64,000 nt of DNA from an uncultured Flavobacteriaceae bacterium (GCA_913058385.1 CAJXQS010000008.1:22202-86201); one strand, 5' to 3'. Shown: positions 39,761 through 49,134, numbered from the stretch's first letter. The notes: generated by a model from the sequence alone, not told the origin. Made by a program: numbers and translations.

Positions 39761-42586
39761 ATGAGCTCTAAAAAAAGACTATTTCTTCTCGATGCTTTCG
39801 CTCTGATTTTCAGAGGGTATTATGCTTTTATTAAAAACCCTAGGATCAACTCCAAAGGGATGGACACTTCAGCCATTATGGGCTTTATGAACTCTTTGTT
39901 GGATGTCATTAAAAGAGAGCGTCCAGATCATCTTGCGGTTTGTTTTGACAAGGGTGGTTCTCACATTAGAAAAGAGATGTTTGATGACTATAAAGCCAAT
40001 CGTGACGAAACGCCAGAGGCAATTTCAATTGCTGTTCCTTACATTCAAAAAATATTAAATGCCATGCACATTCCTGTGGTAGTGAAAGAGGGATTTGAAG
40101 CAGATGATGTTATTGGAACCCTTGCCAAACAAGCTGAAAAAGACGGATTTAAAACCTTTATGGTAACTCCAGATAAAGATTTTGCACAATTGGTTTCGGA
40201 AAATATTTTTATGTACCGACCTGCGAGAATGGGAAATGGCATCGAAATATGGGGAGTTCCCGAAGTTCAAGCCAAGTTCGAAGTAGAGCGCCCCGAGCAG
40301 GTCATTGACTATTTGGGAATGATGGGCGACAGTGTAGACAACATTCCTGGCTTGCCTGGTGTGGGAGACAAGACTGCAAAGAAATTTCTAAAAGAATTTG
40401 GAAGCATGGAAGTCCTTTTAGAGAATGTAGACAAAGTTAAAGGAAAATTAAAAGAGAAAATCGAAGCCAATAAAGAACTTGGTATTCTCTCAAAAAAATT
40501 AGCAACCATAATCACTGATGTTCCTGTTCAATTTAATGCTAATGATTATGAACTATCCACTCCTGACCTAAATGCAGTGGGTGTTGTTTTTGAAGAATTG
40601 GAGTTTCGCCGAATGCAAGAGAGCATCAATAAGATTTTCAATTCGGGTACGGCTGAAGTTACTCAGGAGGTGCTTGTTGAAAAGAAGACCCCTAAAGCTT
40701 CCGCTTCTCCTCAGTTTGATTTGTTTAATCCTCCTCCTGGTCAAGGAAACATTGAATCTGAGGAAGCAACAAAAAAAGATCAAAATGCAATCGCGCATGA
40801 ATATCAATTGATTGACTCTAATGTTGGGAGGTCCATATTATTACAAAAACTATTGTCCCAAAAATCAGTTTGTTTCGACACTGAAACCACAGGTCTCGAT
40901 GCCCTTCAAGCCGAATTGGTTGGGATTGCTTTTAGCTGGGAAATTCATAAGGGATATTACGTAGCCTTTCCTGAAGATTTTAAAGAGGCTCAAAAAATCA
41001 TTGAACAGTTTAGACCCTTTTTTGAAAATGACCAAATTGAAAAAGTTGGGCATAATCTTAAATACGACTTAAAAGTATTACGTAAATACAAACTTGAAGT
41101 TTCGGGTCCTTTATACGACACCATGATCGCGCATTATTTGATCAATCCTGACATGCGACATAACATGGATATTTTATCAGAAACTTATCTTAACTATAGC
41201 CCTCAACCCATAACAGATCTGATCGGTAAAAAGGGGAAAGATCAGGGCAACATGCGTGACGTTGATTTAATTAAACAAACCGAATATGCGGTTGAAGATG
41301 CAGACATCACACTGCAACTTAAACACCATTTTGAAAAGGAACTAGAAGCTGCCAATACCCATTCACTATTTAAAGATGTTGAACTGCCTTTGGTGGAGGT
41401 TCTGACTGCAATGGAAGCAGAAGGAATTAATTTAAATGTAGCATTTTTGGATAAACTTTCTAAAGTATTGGCGGAAGACATTGCAAGGCTAGAAAAAAGT
41501 ATTTTCGAAAAAGCTGGGGAAGAATTTAACCTCGCTTCTCCAAAACAGTTGGGGGTGGTATTGTTTGAAAAACTCAAACTGGTTGACAAACCCAAGAAAA
41601 CGAAAACAGGTCAATATTCAACTGCAGAGGATGTTTTATCTTACCTGGCCAAAGACCACCTGATAATTTCTGAGATTACGGAATGGCGTTCTTTACAAAA
41701 GCTACAAAGCACTTATGTAACCGCCCTGCCACAAGAAGTTAATCCTCAAACGGGAAGAATTCACACCATATATAACCAAGCAGTGGCTGCTACCGGAAGG
41801 CTCAGCAGCAACAAGCCTAATTTACAAAACATTCCCATCAGAACACTCAGGGGGCAGGAAGTGCGAAAAGCTTTTATTCCCAGAGACAGTGATCATGTAT
41901 TGATGGCATCAGATTATTCGCAAATAGAGTTAAGGATTATTGCCGCTTTAAGCGAAGACCCTTCAATGGTTAATGCATTTAAAAACAATGAAGACATTCA
42001 TGCAGCAACTGCCTCTCGTGTCTTCAATGTTCCGCTGGAAGAAGTTACACGCGAACAAAGAAGCAATGCAAAAACAGTCAACTTTGGAATTGTTTATGGC
42101 GTATCGGCCTTTGGTCTCAGTCAGCAAACCGATCTCAGTCGGGGTGAATCAAAAGAATTGATCGAAACTTATTATGAAAGCTATCCTAAACTTAGGGAAT
42201 ATATTGCCAGTCAAATTAATTTTGCTCGTGATAATGGCTATGTTGAAACCGTATTGGGAAGAAGGCGCTATTTGAGAGACATCAACTCTCAAAATGCAGT
42301 AGTTCGAGGAGCCGCTGAAAGAAATGCTGTAAACGCTCCCATTCAAGGAAGCGCAGCAGATATTATCAAAATTGCAATGATTTCGATTCAAAAGAAAATC
42401 AAAGCTGAAAATTGGAAATCAAGAATGTTGCTACAGGTTCATGATGAACTTGTCTTTGATGTTTTAAAAACAGAAAAAGAAGGTTTTGAAAAAATGATAA
42501 AATCTGAAATGGAAAACGCATTTAAACTTTCGGTACCCCTCGTCGTTGACATCGGGTTTGGAAACGATTGGTTAGAGGCTCATTGA
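39761..42586 (+). CDS. polA: DNA polymerase I
   Basis: 941 aa. 5' nuclease domain, 3'-5' exonuclease domain (FDTETTGL), and polymerase motifs A (DYSQIELR) and C (QVHDEL). Confidence 0.97.
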   Translation: MSSKKRLFLLDAFALIFRGYYAFIKNPRINSKGMDTSAIMGFMNSLLDVIKRERPDHLAVCFDKGGSHIRKEMFDDYKANRDETPEAISIAVPYIQKILNAMHIPVVVKEGFEADDVIGTLAKQAEKDGFKTFMVTPDKDFAQLVSENIFMYRPARMGNGIEIWGVPEVQAKFEVERPEQVIDYLGMMGDSVDNIPGLPGVGDKTAKKFLKEFGSMEVLLENVDKVKGKLKEKIEANKELGILSKKLATIITDVPVQFNANDYELSTPDLNAVGVVFEELEFRRMQESINKIFNSGTAEVTQEVLVEKKTPKASASPQFDLFNPPPGQGNIESEEATKKDQNAIAHEYQLIDSNVGRSILLQKLLSQKSVCFDTETTGLDALQAELVGIAFSWEIHKGYYVAFPEDFKEAQKIIEQFRPFFENDQIEKVGHNLKYDLKVLRKYKLEVSGPLYDTMIAHYLINPDMRHNMDILSETYLNYSPQPITDLIGKKGKDQGNMRDVDLIKQTEYAVEDADITLQLKHHFEKELEAANTHSLFKDVELPLVEVLTAMEAEGINLNVAFLDKLSKVLAEDIARLEKSIFEKAGEEFNLASPKQLGVVLFEKLKLVDKPKKTKTGQYSTAEDVLSYLAKDHLIISEITEWRSLQKLQSTYVTALPQEVNPQTGRIHTIYNQAVAATGRLSSNKPNLQNIPIRTLRGQEVRKAFIPRDSDHVLMASDYSQIELRIIAALSEDPSMVNAFKNNEDIHAATASRVFNVPLEEVTREQRSNAKTVNFGIVYGVSAFGLSQQTDLSRGESKELIETYYESYPKLREYIASQINFARDNGYVETVLGRRRYLRDINSQNAVVRGAAERNAVNAPIQGSAADIIKIAMISIQKKIKAENWKSRMLLQVHDELVFDVLKTEKEGFEKMIKSEMENAFKLSVPLVVDIGFGNDWLEAH

Positions 42587-42704
42587 TGGGTATTCTTAAT
42601 CAATCAGGTGTTAAAAAAAGTGAAGTTTTGAGTAATATATAAGTCAAAATATAAATCATTAAGCTTAAAAATAATTGTTTTACGAAATAAAACCAAAAAA
42701 GACT

Positions 42705-42734
42705 TTTGGTAAAAAGGGAATAATTGTACATTTG
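42705..42734 (+). promoter_or_regulatory. Bacteroidota sigma-A-type promoter (-33 TTTG / -7 TACATTTG) for rplM-rpsI
   Basis: TTTG at 42705-42708 and TACATTTG at 42727-42734, separated by 18 nt, about 33 nt upstream of the rplM GTG. Confidence 0.6.
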
Positions 42735-42767
42735 CACCCCTGAAAAGGATGATTAAAACATAAAGTT

Positions 42768-43223
42768 GTGAATACATTAAGTTATAAGACAATCTCTGCA
42801 AATGCTCAAACCGTTGATAAACAATGGGTAGTGATCGATGCAGGCAACCTTCCGCTAGGTAGAACTGCTTCGATAGCAGCAATTTATTTAAGAGGAAAAC
42901 ACAAGACAAATTTCACTCCTCACGTAGATTGTGGAGACAATGTTATTGTTATCAATGCTGAAAAAGTATTACTATCTGGTGATAAGTGGAAGCAAAAACA
43001 ATACGTTCGTCACACAGGATATCCTGGTGGGCAACGTTTCCTTAATGCAGAACAGCTTCAAGCGAAAGATGCAAGAAGGTTGGTTGAACATGCGATTAAA
43101 GGAATGCTTCCAAAAAATAAATTAGGTGCTGAAATATACAGAAACCTTAGAGTAATTATCGGAAGTGAACACAATCACGAAGCACAAAAACCTAAAACAA
43201 TTAACATTAACGAACTCATATAA
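42768..43223 (+). CDS. rplM: 50S ribosomal protein L13
   Basis: 151 aa. N-terminus NTLSYKTISANAQTVDKQWVVIDA. GTG start. Confidence 0.96.
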   Translation: MNTLSYKTISANAQTVDKQWVVIDAGNLPLGRTASIAAIYLRGKHKTNFTPHVDCGDNVIVINAEKVLLSGDKWKQKQYVRHTGYPGGQRFLNAEQLQAKDARRLVEHAIKGMLPKNKLGAEIYRNLRVIIGSEHNHEAQKPKTININELI

Positions 43224-43609
43224 TGGAAGTTATTCACACCATTGGTAGAAGAAAAACATCTGTAGCTCGTCTATTCCTCTCTGAGGGAAAAGGAAATATT
43301 ACAGTAAATAAAAAAGATTATTCACAGTTTTTTCCAACAGCTACATTACAATATAAAGTAAACCAGCCTCTATTATTGACCGAAAACGAAGGAAGTTATG
43401 ATCTAAAAATCACTGTAAAAGGTGGTGGAACAAATGGTCAAGCTGAAGCGATTCGTCTAGCAATTTCTAGAGCGTTGTGTAAAATCGATGCAGAGCACCG
43501 ATTGATTCTTAAACCAGAAGGATTGCTCACTCGTGATCCCCGTATGGTGGAAAGAAAGAAATTCGGTCAGAAAAAGGCTAGAAAAAAATATCAATTCTCG
43601 AAACGATAA
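43223..43609 (+). CDS. rpsI: 30S ribosomal protein S9
   Basis: 128 aa. GRRKTSVAR and C-terminal KKARKKYQFSKR. Confidence 0.96.
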   Translation: MEVIHTIGRRKTSVARLFLSEGKGNITVNKKDYSQFFPTATLQYKVNQPLLLTENEGSYDLKITVKGGGTNGQAEAIRLAISRALCKIDAEHRLILKPEGLLTRDPRMVERKKFGQKKARKKYQFSKR

Positions 43610-43754
43610 AAACTACTTTCGTTTTAAGAAAGATAATCAGTTCATTAATTTATTAAATAATCTGTTGCTTAAACCGCTAAGGCGGATACTAGTTTAGCAT
43701 CTAAATAAACTTTCGAGTTTATTGCTACACACAAGGGAACGTAAACTAACAACT

Positions 43755-44603
43755 ATGGCACAAACTACTGTAAAAGACCTGCTTAACGCAGGCGTTCATT
43801 TTGGGCATCTAACCCGCAAATGGAATCCAAACATGGCTCCTTATATCTATATGGAGCGTAATGGAATTCACATTATTAGTCTTTACAAAACTGTAGCAAA
43901 GATTGAGGAAGCTTCTGAAGCCCTCAAGAAAATTGCTGCATCTGGAAGAAAAATCCTTTTTGTTGCTACAAAAAAACAAGCGAAAGACATCGTGTCTAAA
44001 TCTGCTGCTAAAGTAAACATGCCTTACATCACTGAGCGTTGGCCTGGTGGGATGTTGACAAACTTTGTTACCATTCGTAAAGCAGTTAAAAAAATGGCTG
44101 CAATTGATCGCATGAAAAAAGACGGTACTTTTGAAACCCTTTCCAAAAAAGAGAAACTTCAAGTAAGTCGTCTTCGTGCTAAATTGGAAAAGAACTTAGG
44201 TTCGATTACCGAAATGACCCGTCTTCCAGGCGCGTTGTTTGTCGTTGATATCAAAAGAGAGCACATTGCAATTAGAGAAGCGCAAAAGCTTAAAATTCCG
44301 ATTTTCGCAATGGTGGATACCAATTCAGACCCAAGACAAGTTGAATATGTAATTCCATCTAATGATGATGCAACTAAGTCTATTGATAAAATCATGACTC
44401 TTGTTACTGATGCATTGGCTGAAGGACTTCAAGAACGTAAGAAAGACAAGGAAGTTCAACAAGGTAGCGAAGAACAAGTCGCTCCTGCTGCTGCACCAGT
44501 TGAAGCTAAGGCTGAAACTCCAGTTGAGAAGGCTCCTGAAGTCAAAACCGAAACAAAAGAAGAAACATCAACTGATGCAGTTGAAGGTTCTAAAGAGGCA
44601 TAA
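43755..44603 (+). CDS. rpsB: 30S ribosomal protein S2 (with an acidic/Pro-rich C-terminal tail)
   Basis: Start at ATG 43755 (MAQTTVKDLLNAGVHFGH). Confidence 0.95.
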   Translation: MAQTTVKDLLNAGVHFGHLTRKWNPNMAPYIYMERNGIHIISLYKTVAKIEEASEALKKIAASGRKILFVATKKQAKDIVSKSAAKVNMPYITERWPGGMLTNFVTIRKAVKKMAAIDRMKKDGTFETLSKKEKLQVSRLRAKLEKNLGSITEMTRLPGALFVVDIKREHIAIREAQKLKIPIFAMVDTNSDPRQVEYVIPSNDDATKSIDKIMTLVTDALAEGLQERKKDKEVQQGSEEQVAPAAAPVEAKAETPVEKAPEVKTETKEETSTDAVEGSKEA

Positions 44604-44626
44604 TAAATAACATAAATATATTTCTC

Positions 44627-45448
44627 GTGAAAATTACAGCATCAGAAGTTAATAAACTGCGTCAATCCACAGGAGCTGGAATGATGGATTGTAAAAAAGC
44701 ATTGGTTGAGGCCGAAGGCGATTTTGAAAAGGCAGTAGAAGTTCTAAGGAAAAGAGGACAAAAGGTAGCAGCAAATAGAGCAGATCGAGATTCTACGGAA
44801 GGCGCTGCACTTGCAGTTGTCAATGCCGATAAAACTGCTGGCATCGCAATTTCTATCAACTGTGAGACCGATTTTGTCGCAAAAAATGATTCTTATTTAA
44901 AGTTGGCGCATTCATTGGCAAATCATGCAATTGATTTTGACACCAAAGAGGCTTTTCTTTCTAGTAGCTTTGACGGGATGACCGTTGAAGAAAAACTAAC
45001 CCAACAAACGGGTGTGATTGGTGAAAAAATCGAAATCGGAGGATTTAGAAAATTGACGGCTCCTTTTGTAGGCTCATACATTCATGCAGGTAACAAAATT
45101 GCAACTTTGGTGGGACTTTCGGGAATTGTAGAAAATGCTGCTGAGATTTCTAAAAACGTTGCAATGCAAGCTGCTGCAATGAATCCAATCGCTCTTAATG
45201 AAGATGCGGTTGATTCTAGTTTAATTGAAAAAGAAATTGAAATTGCAAAAGATCAGTTGCGTCAAGAAGGAAAACCTGAAGCCATGTTAGACAATATTGC
45301 TAAAGGAAAAATCAAACGTTTCTTTAAGGACAACACTCTTGTAAATCAAGTTTTTATAAAAGATAATACCCTATCCGTTGCACAATACGTTAAGTCAGCA
45401 GATGCTGATTTGGTTGTTACCGGTTTTGAGCGTGTTGCATTGGGTTAA
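44627..45448 (+). CDS. tsf: Translation elongation factor Ts
   Basis: 273 aa. UBA-like N-terminus VNKLRQSTGAGMMDCKKAL. GTG start. Confidence 0.95.
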   Translation: MKITASEVNKLRQSTGAGMMDCKKALVEAEGDFEKAVEVLRKRGQKVAANRADRDSTEGAALAVVNADKTAGIAISINCETDFVAKNDSYLKLAHSLANHAIDFDTKEAFLSSSFDGMTVEEKLTQQTGVIGEKIEIGGFRKLTAPFVGSYIHAGNKIATLVGLSGIVENAAEISKNVAMQAAAMNPIALNEDAVDSSLIEKEIEIAKDQLRQEGKPEAMLDNIAKGKIKRFFKDNTLVNQVFIKDNTLSVAQYVKSADADLVVTGFERVALG

Positions 45449-45464
45449 TTTATTTTAATCAGAT

Positions 45465-45499
45465 AAAAAAAGCATTCCACTGGGAATGCTTTTTTTTTG
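45465..45499 (+). terminator. Intrinsic terminator after tsf
   Basis: Stem agcattcc / ggaatgct with a 4-nt loop, A-run before and a 9-T run after. Confidence 0.85.
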
Positions 45500-45525
45500 G
45501 ACAAAAGTAACTTAACTTTATTGGG

Positions 45526-46098
45526 ATGAACCCCGGGGAAAAAAGTTGCGCTTGGTGTGAAGGTAATCCGCTTTATCAATCTTATCATGATGAAGAATGG
45601 GGAGTGCCATTGTATGACGAGCAGAAACTATTTGAATTTCTTATCCTAGAAACTTTTCAGTCAGGACTCAGCTGGATTACCATTCTAAAAAAACGGGAGA
45701 ATTTCAGACAAGCATTTGATCATTTCGATTTTAATAAAATCAGTGCTTATGACCAAACTAAGGTTGATCAGCTTCTCAGCGATGAGGGAATTGTTCGCAA
45801 TAGACTGAAAATACTAGCGACCATCAATAATGCAAAATGCTTTCTTGAACTTCGTAAAACAGAGAAGTCTTTTTCTAATTTCATATGGAAGTATGTAAAT
45901 CACCAGCCCATACAAAACAATTTTAAACACCCAAACGACATACCTTCTAAAACAAAACTTGCAGAACAGATCAGTAAGGATTTAAAAAAGAAGGGGTTTA
46001 AGTTTATAGGCCCTACAGTAATCTATGCACACATGCAAGCTACAGGAATGGTCAACGACCATCTGGTAACTTGCTTTCGTCACAAAGAACTTCTGTAA
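45526..46098 (+). CDS. tag: DNA-3-methyladenine glycosylase I
   Basis: 190 aa. CAWC zinc snap motif and YHDEEWGVP. Confidence 0.93.
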   Translation: MNPGEKSCAWCEGNPLYQSYHDEEWGVPLYDEQKLFEFLILETFQSGLSWITILKKRENFRQAFDHFDFNKISAYDQTKVDQLLSDEGIVRNRLKILATINNAKCFLELRKTEKSFSNFIWKYVNHQPIQNNFKHPNDIPSKTKLAEQISKDLKKKGFKFIGPTVIYAHMQATGMVNDHLVTCFRHKELL

Positions 46099-46473
46099 TT
46101 AGAAAGGAAGATCGTCTTCAACCTCATTTTCAGCATCCTTTGCAGGCTCAAATGCTGGTGGTGGTGGAATTGGCGGCATTTCGGAATTAGCGGCTGCTGT
46201 TCCTGCTTCAATCTTCCACCCTTGGATGGCATTGAAATACTTTGTCTCTCCCTGAGGATTGACCCATTCGCGACCTCTTAAGTTAATACCTATCTTAACA
46301 TTTTGCCCAACTTGAAAAGCATTTAATAAGTCACACTTGTCTTGAACAAATTCAACCAAAATATGTTGAGGATATTGTTCTTCCGTTGTAACAACTACTT
46401 CTCTCTTTCGGAAACCATTGCTTCCATATTCTTTGGTTTCATCTAACCACTTTACTTTTCCTACTAATTCCAT
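46099..46473 (-). CDS. DUF3127-family OB-fold protein with SSB-like acidic C-terminal tip
   Basis: 124 aa. The N-terminal ~90 aa match my recollection of DUF3127 (GFRKREVVV, ILVEF, LRGREW). C-terminus is a Pro-rich linker followed by EVEDDLPF. Confidence 0.7.
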   Translation of the reverse strand: MELVGKVKWLDETKEYGSNGFRKREVVVTTEEQYPQHILVEFVQDKCDLLNAFQVGQNVKIGINLRGREWVNPQGETKYFNAIQGWKIEAGTAAANSEMPPIPPPPAFEPAKDAENEVEDDLPF

Positions 46474-46585
46474 TTTTTAGTTATTTATACGGTTAAAACA
46501 AAAATATAAAAAGTTTTTTGGCAATTATAGCTAGTTAACACTTTTCTTTTATTTAGAGTATCTTCGTGAACAGAGTCTTTATAGT

Positions 46586-47740
46586 TTGTTCGACAAAATT
46601 AAACATAGATTTAAAAACAGTTGGCTTTTAGGAGCCTTCGCTATCGTTGCACTCATCATGTGGAACACCAATGTTTTGTTTCAAAATCTCAAGAAAGAAG
46701 AACGTGCTAAGATGGAATTATGGGCAATGGCCCAACAGGAATTCATCGAAAATAGTGTTTTAAGCAACCTTACTTTTAAAGTACTGCAACAAACTTGGAA
46801 TAATCCTATGGTTTTGGTGGATGGTTCTGGGGAAATCATTGGACATAAAAATTTAGATTGGGAGCCTGAAACTGAAGATTCTCTTAAAATTTTTAAGCTT
46901 TTAAAAAATATTAAGAAAGAAAACAATCCAATTTTTATCAGATACCAGGACAGTATTTTGGACATCAACCAAAAACTATATTATGGGGATTCGATCTTAT
47001 TAAAAAAGTTACAATACTATCCTCTGGCATTGTTGTTAATTATATTTCTATTCGGTGCAGTGCTTTATTTTGTTTTTAAAACCTCCAAAATATCAGATCA
47101 AAACAGATTATGGGCGGGGATGGCAAAGGAAACTGCACACCAAATTGGAACACCGCTCTCTTCAATGATTGGCTGGATAACATTGATGAAGGAGCAGGAA
47201 AGAGATCTTGGTCCTTTGTTGGAAATGGAAAAAGATGTAGAGCGTTTACAGACAATCACCGAGCGGTTTTCGAAAGTAGGCTCGCTTCCAGAATTAGAAT
47301 CTGTTGCACTGATTGATACTGCCCGTAAAACCATTCAGTACCTCGAGAAAAGAACTTCAGATTTAGTTGCGTTTAAAGTCGAATTCCCAAGAGAGGAGAT
47401 ATACATTCCCTTAAACCCTCAATTGTTCAGTTGGACACTCGAAAACTTAATTAAAAATGGAATCGATGCCATGAAGGGTAAAGGGGAAATAACCCTTAAA
47501 ATATTGGAAAGGGAGGATGAAGTCGCACTAGAGATTAGTGATACAGGATCGGGTATTAAAAAGGAATTTTACAAAAAGATTTTTACGCCAGGTTTTACTT
47601 CTAAAAAAAGAGGCTGGGGCTTGGGGCTTTCATTAGCCAAAAGAATCATTACAGACTACCACAAGGGTAAAATAGGTGTAAAGAATTCTAGGGTTGGAAA
47701 GGGAACTACTTTTGAAATAATCCTAAAGAAAACTGCTTAA
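46586..47740 (+). CDS. Sensor histidine kinase (2 TM segments, extracytoplasmic loop, HisKA/HATPase core)
   Basis: 384 aa. H-box AHQIGTPLSSM, N-box NLIKNGIDA, G-boxes DTGSGI and GWGLGLS. Apparent TTG start; the exact start is uncertain. Confidence 0.85.
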   Translation: MFDKIKHRFKNSWLLGAFAIVALIMWNTNVLFQNLKKEERAKMELWAMAQQEFIENSVLSNLTFKVLQQTWNNPMVLVDGSGEIIGHKNLDWEPETEDSLKIFKLLKNIKKENNPIFIRYQDSILDINQKLYYGDSILLKKLQYYPLALLLIIFLFGAVLYFVFKTSKISDQNRLWAGMAKETAHQIGTPLSSMIGWITLMKEQERDLGPLLEMEKDVERLQTITERFSKVGSLPELESVALIDTARKTIQYLEKRTSDLVAFKVEFPREEIYIPLNPQLFSWTLENLIKNGIDAMKGKGEITLKILEREDEVALEISDTGSGIKKEFYKKIFTPGFTSKKRGWGLGLSLAKRIITDYHKGKIGVKNSRVGKGTTFEIILKKTA

Positions 47741-48126
47741 AAGCAACTTTGAATTTTTTTTGCAATTTCTTCAAATTCCTCAGGTGTTGGCTTTACCTTT
47801 TTTTGAAAAGTAGCTTCTGCCATGTTTTGAAGTGGGATTAAATGAACATGCACATGGGGAACTTCAAGTCCAATAACGCTCATGCCAATTCGCTTGCATG
47901 GAATTGCTTTTCTGAGTGCTAAGGCAACTTTTCTTGAAAAATTCATTAATTGGTTGTAGTCTTCTTCTGACAAATCAAATATTTTATCCACCTCTTTTTT
48001 GGGAACACACAAGGTGTGTCCTAATGCATTTGGATTGACATCAAGAAAAGCATAGTGATTTTCGTCTTCATAAACTTTATGAGAAGGAATTTCGCCTGCA
48101 ATTATCTTAGAAAAAATACCTGACAT
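47737..48126 (-). CDS. HIT-family nucleotide hydrolase/transferase
   Basis: 129 aa. Histidine triad HVHVHLIP. Confidence 0.92.
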   Translation of the reverse strand: MSGIFSKIIAGEIPSHKVYEDENHYAFLDVNPNALGHTLCVPKKEVDKIFDLSEEDYNQLMNFSRKVALALRKAIPCKRIGMSVIGLEVPHVHVHLIPLQNMAEATFQKKVKPTPEEFEEIAKKIQSCF

Positions 48127-48128
48127 AA

Positions 48129-48605
48129 CTAATCTCTGCTTATTGAAATAACTTCCAATTTTATGATGCCATTGGGGACGGAAATCTCAGCGATTTCTCC
48201 AATCTTTTTTCCTAAAAGTCCTTTGCCAATGGGGGAATCCACCGAAATCTTACCTGTTTTTATATCTGCCTCGCTTTGTGCAACCAACTTGTATTTCATT
48301 AGTGCTCCGTTGCTTTTGTTTTTAACTTCCACATTAGAATGAACCAAAACTTTAGAGGTATCCAGTTGAGATTCGTCTATTAATCTTGCATTGGACAAAG
48401 TCTCTTCCATTTTAGAGATATGAAGCTCAAGTAAGCCTTGTGCTTCTTTGGCTGCGTCATATTCTGCATTTTCGCTAAGGTCTCCCTTATCTCTTGCCTC
48501 GGCAATTGCTTGGGATGCTTTTGGTCGCTCAATGTCCTTTAGGAAATTGAGTTCCTCACGAAGCTTTTTTAAACCTTCTTCTGTATAATAGGATACTTTA
48601 CTCAC
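48129..48605 (-). CDS. greA: Transcription elongation factor GreA
   Basis: 158 aa. Conserved acidic finger tip DLSENAEYDAAKE. GTG start. Confidence 0.95.
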   Translation of the reverse strand: MSKVSYYTEEGLKKLREELNFLKDIERPKASQAIAEARDKGDLSENAEYDAAKEAQGLLELHISKMEETLSNARLIDESQLDTSKVLVHSNVEVKNKSNGALMKYKLVAQSEADIKTGKISVDSPIGKGLLGKKIGEIAEISVPNGIIKLEVISISRD

Positions 48606-48628
48606 TTTTTTTGCGTTTCTTTAAAAAG

Positions 48629-48657
48629 AAAATACCCTTCGTATTTAAGGGTATTTT
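48629..48657 (-). promoter_or_regulatory. Terminator-like hairpin in the greA leader
   Basis: Perfect 11-bp stem (aaaataccctt / aagggtatttt) with a 7-nt loop. On the minus strand it is followed by CTTTTT, lies 23 nt upstream of the greA GTG, and begins 2 nt downstream of a -7 box TATATTTG (48660-48667, minus strand). Confidence 0.55.
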
Positions 48658-48672
48658 ACCAAATATAGACAT

Positions 48673-49122
48673 TTGACGGCTTTTTGTAAAACATTCATTC
48701 TTAAAATATCATTGATTCTTTTTCTACTGAATTCTTGTAGTTCAGAAAAAATGGAAAGAAACCCTTATTTGACAAACGTTAAATTCAATTTACAGATTAA
48801 TTTGAATCTACCCTCCTATGACCTCTTGCGTTTTGCTGGCGGAAGCATGCGGCTGAATCAGGGGGGTGTCAATGGTGTTTTAGTGTTTAATCTTAATGGT
48901 AATGATTATCTGGCTTGGGATGCCTCTTGTCCAAATCATGCGCTTAAAGATTGTTCTAAACTGGAAATCTTTGGTGTACTTGCAGAATGTAGTTGTGAAG
49001 ATTATCAATACAGCCTTGCCACGGGTCAACTTCTAAATCCTGAAGAAGAAACAAAAAGTCCCTACCCCATGTTGTTTTATAGCGTAAGAAGTTCAAACAA
49101 TCAATTGTTTATTTCTAATTAA
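48673..49122 (+). CDS. Hypothetical Cys-containing lipoprotein (degenerate Rieske-like motif pattern)
   Basis: 149 aa. Lipoprotein signal LLNSCSS, present only if the TTG start at 48673 is used. Motifs SCPNH...C and CSCEDYQY. Function unknown. Confidence 0.5.
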   Translation: MTAFCKTFILKISLILFLLNSCSSEKMERNPYLTNVKFNLQINLNLPSYDLLRFAGGSMRLNQGGVNGVLVFNLNGNDYLAWDASCPNHALKDCSKLEIFGVLAECSCEDYQYSLATGQLLNPEEETKSPYPMLFYSVRSSNNQLFISN

Positions 49123-49134
49123 ATTCTCCAGTAA

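Noticed and set aside
42604-42909. 101-aa minus-strand ORF spanning the polA-rplM intergenic region and the rplM 5' end.
   Set aside because: It overlaps the rplM promoter and coding start. Its sequence is low-complexity and hydrophobic, and the region is better explained by a plus-strand -33/-7 promoter.
46586-47740. Histidine kinase without an adjacent response regulator.
   Set aside because: Orphan kinases are common in Bacteroidota. There is no unusual domain content visible and no linked partner to build a hypothesis on.
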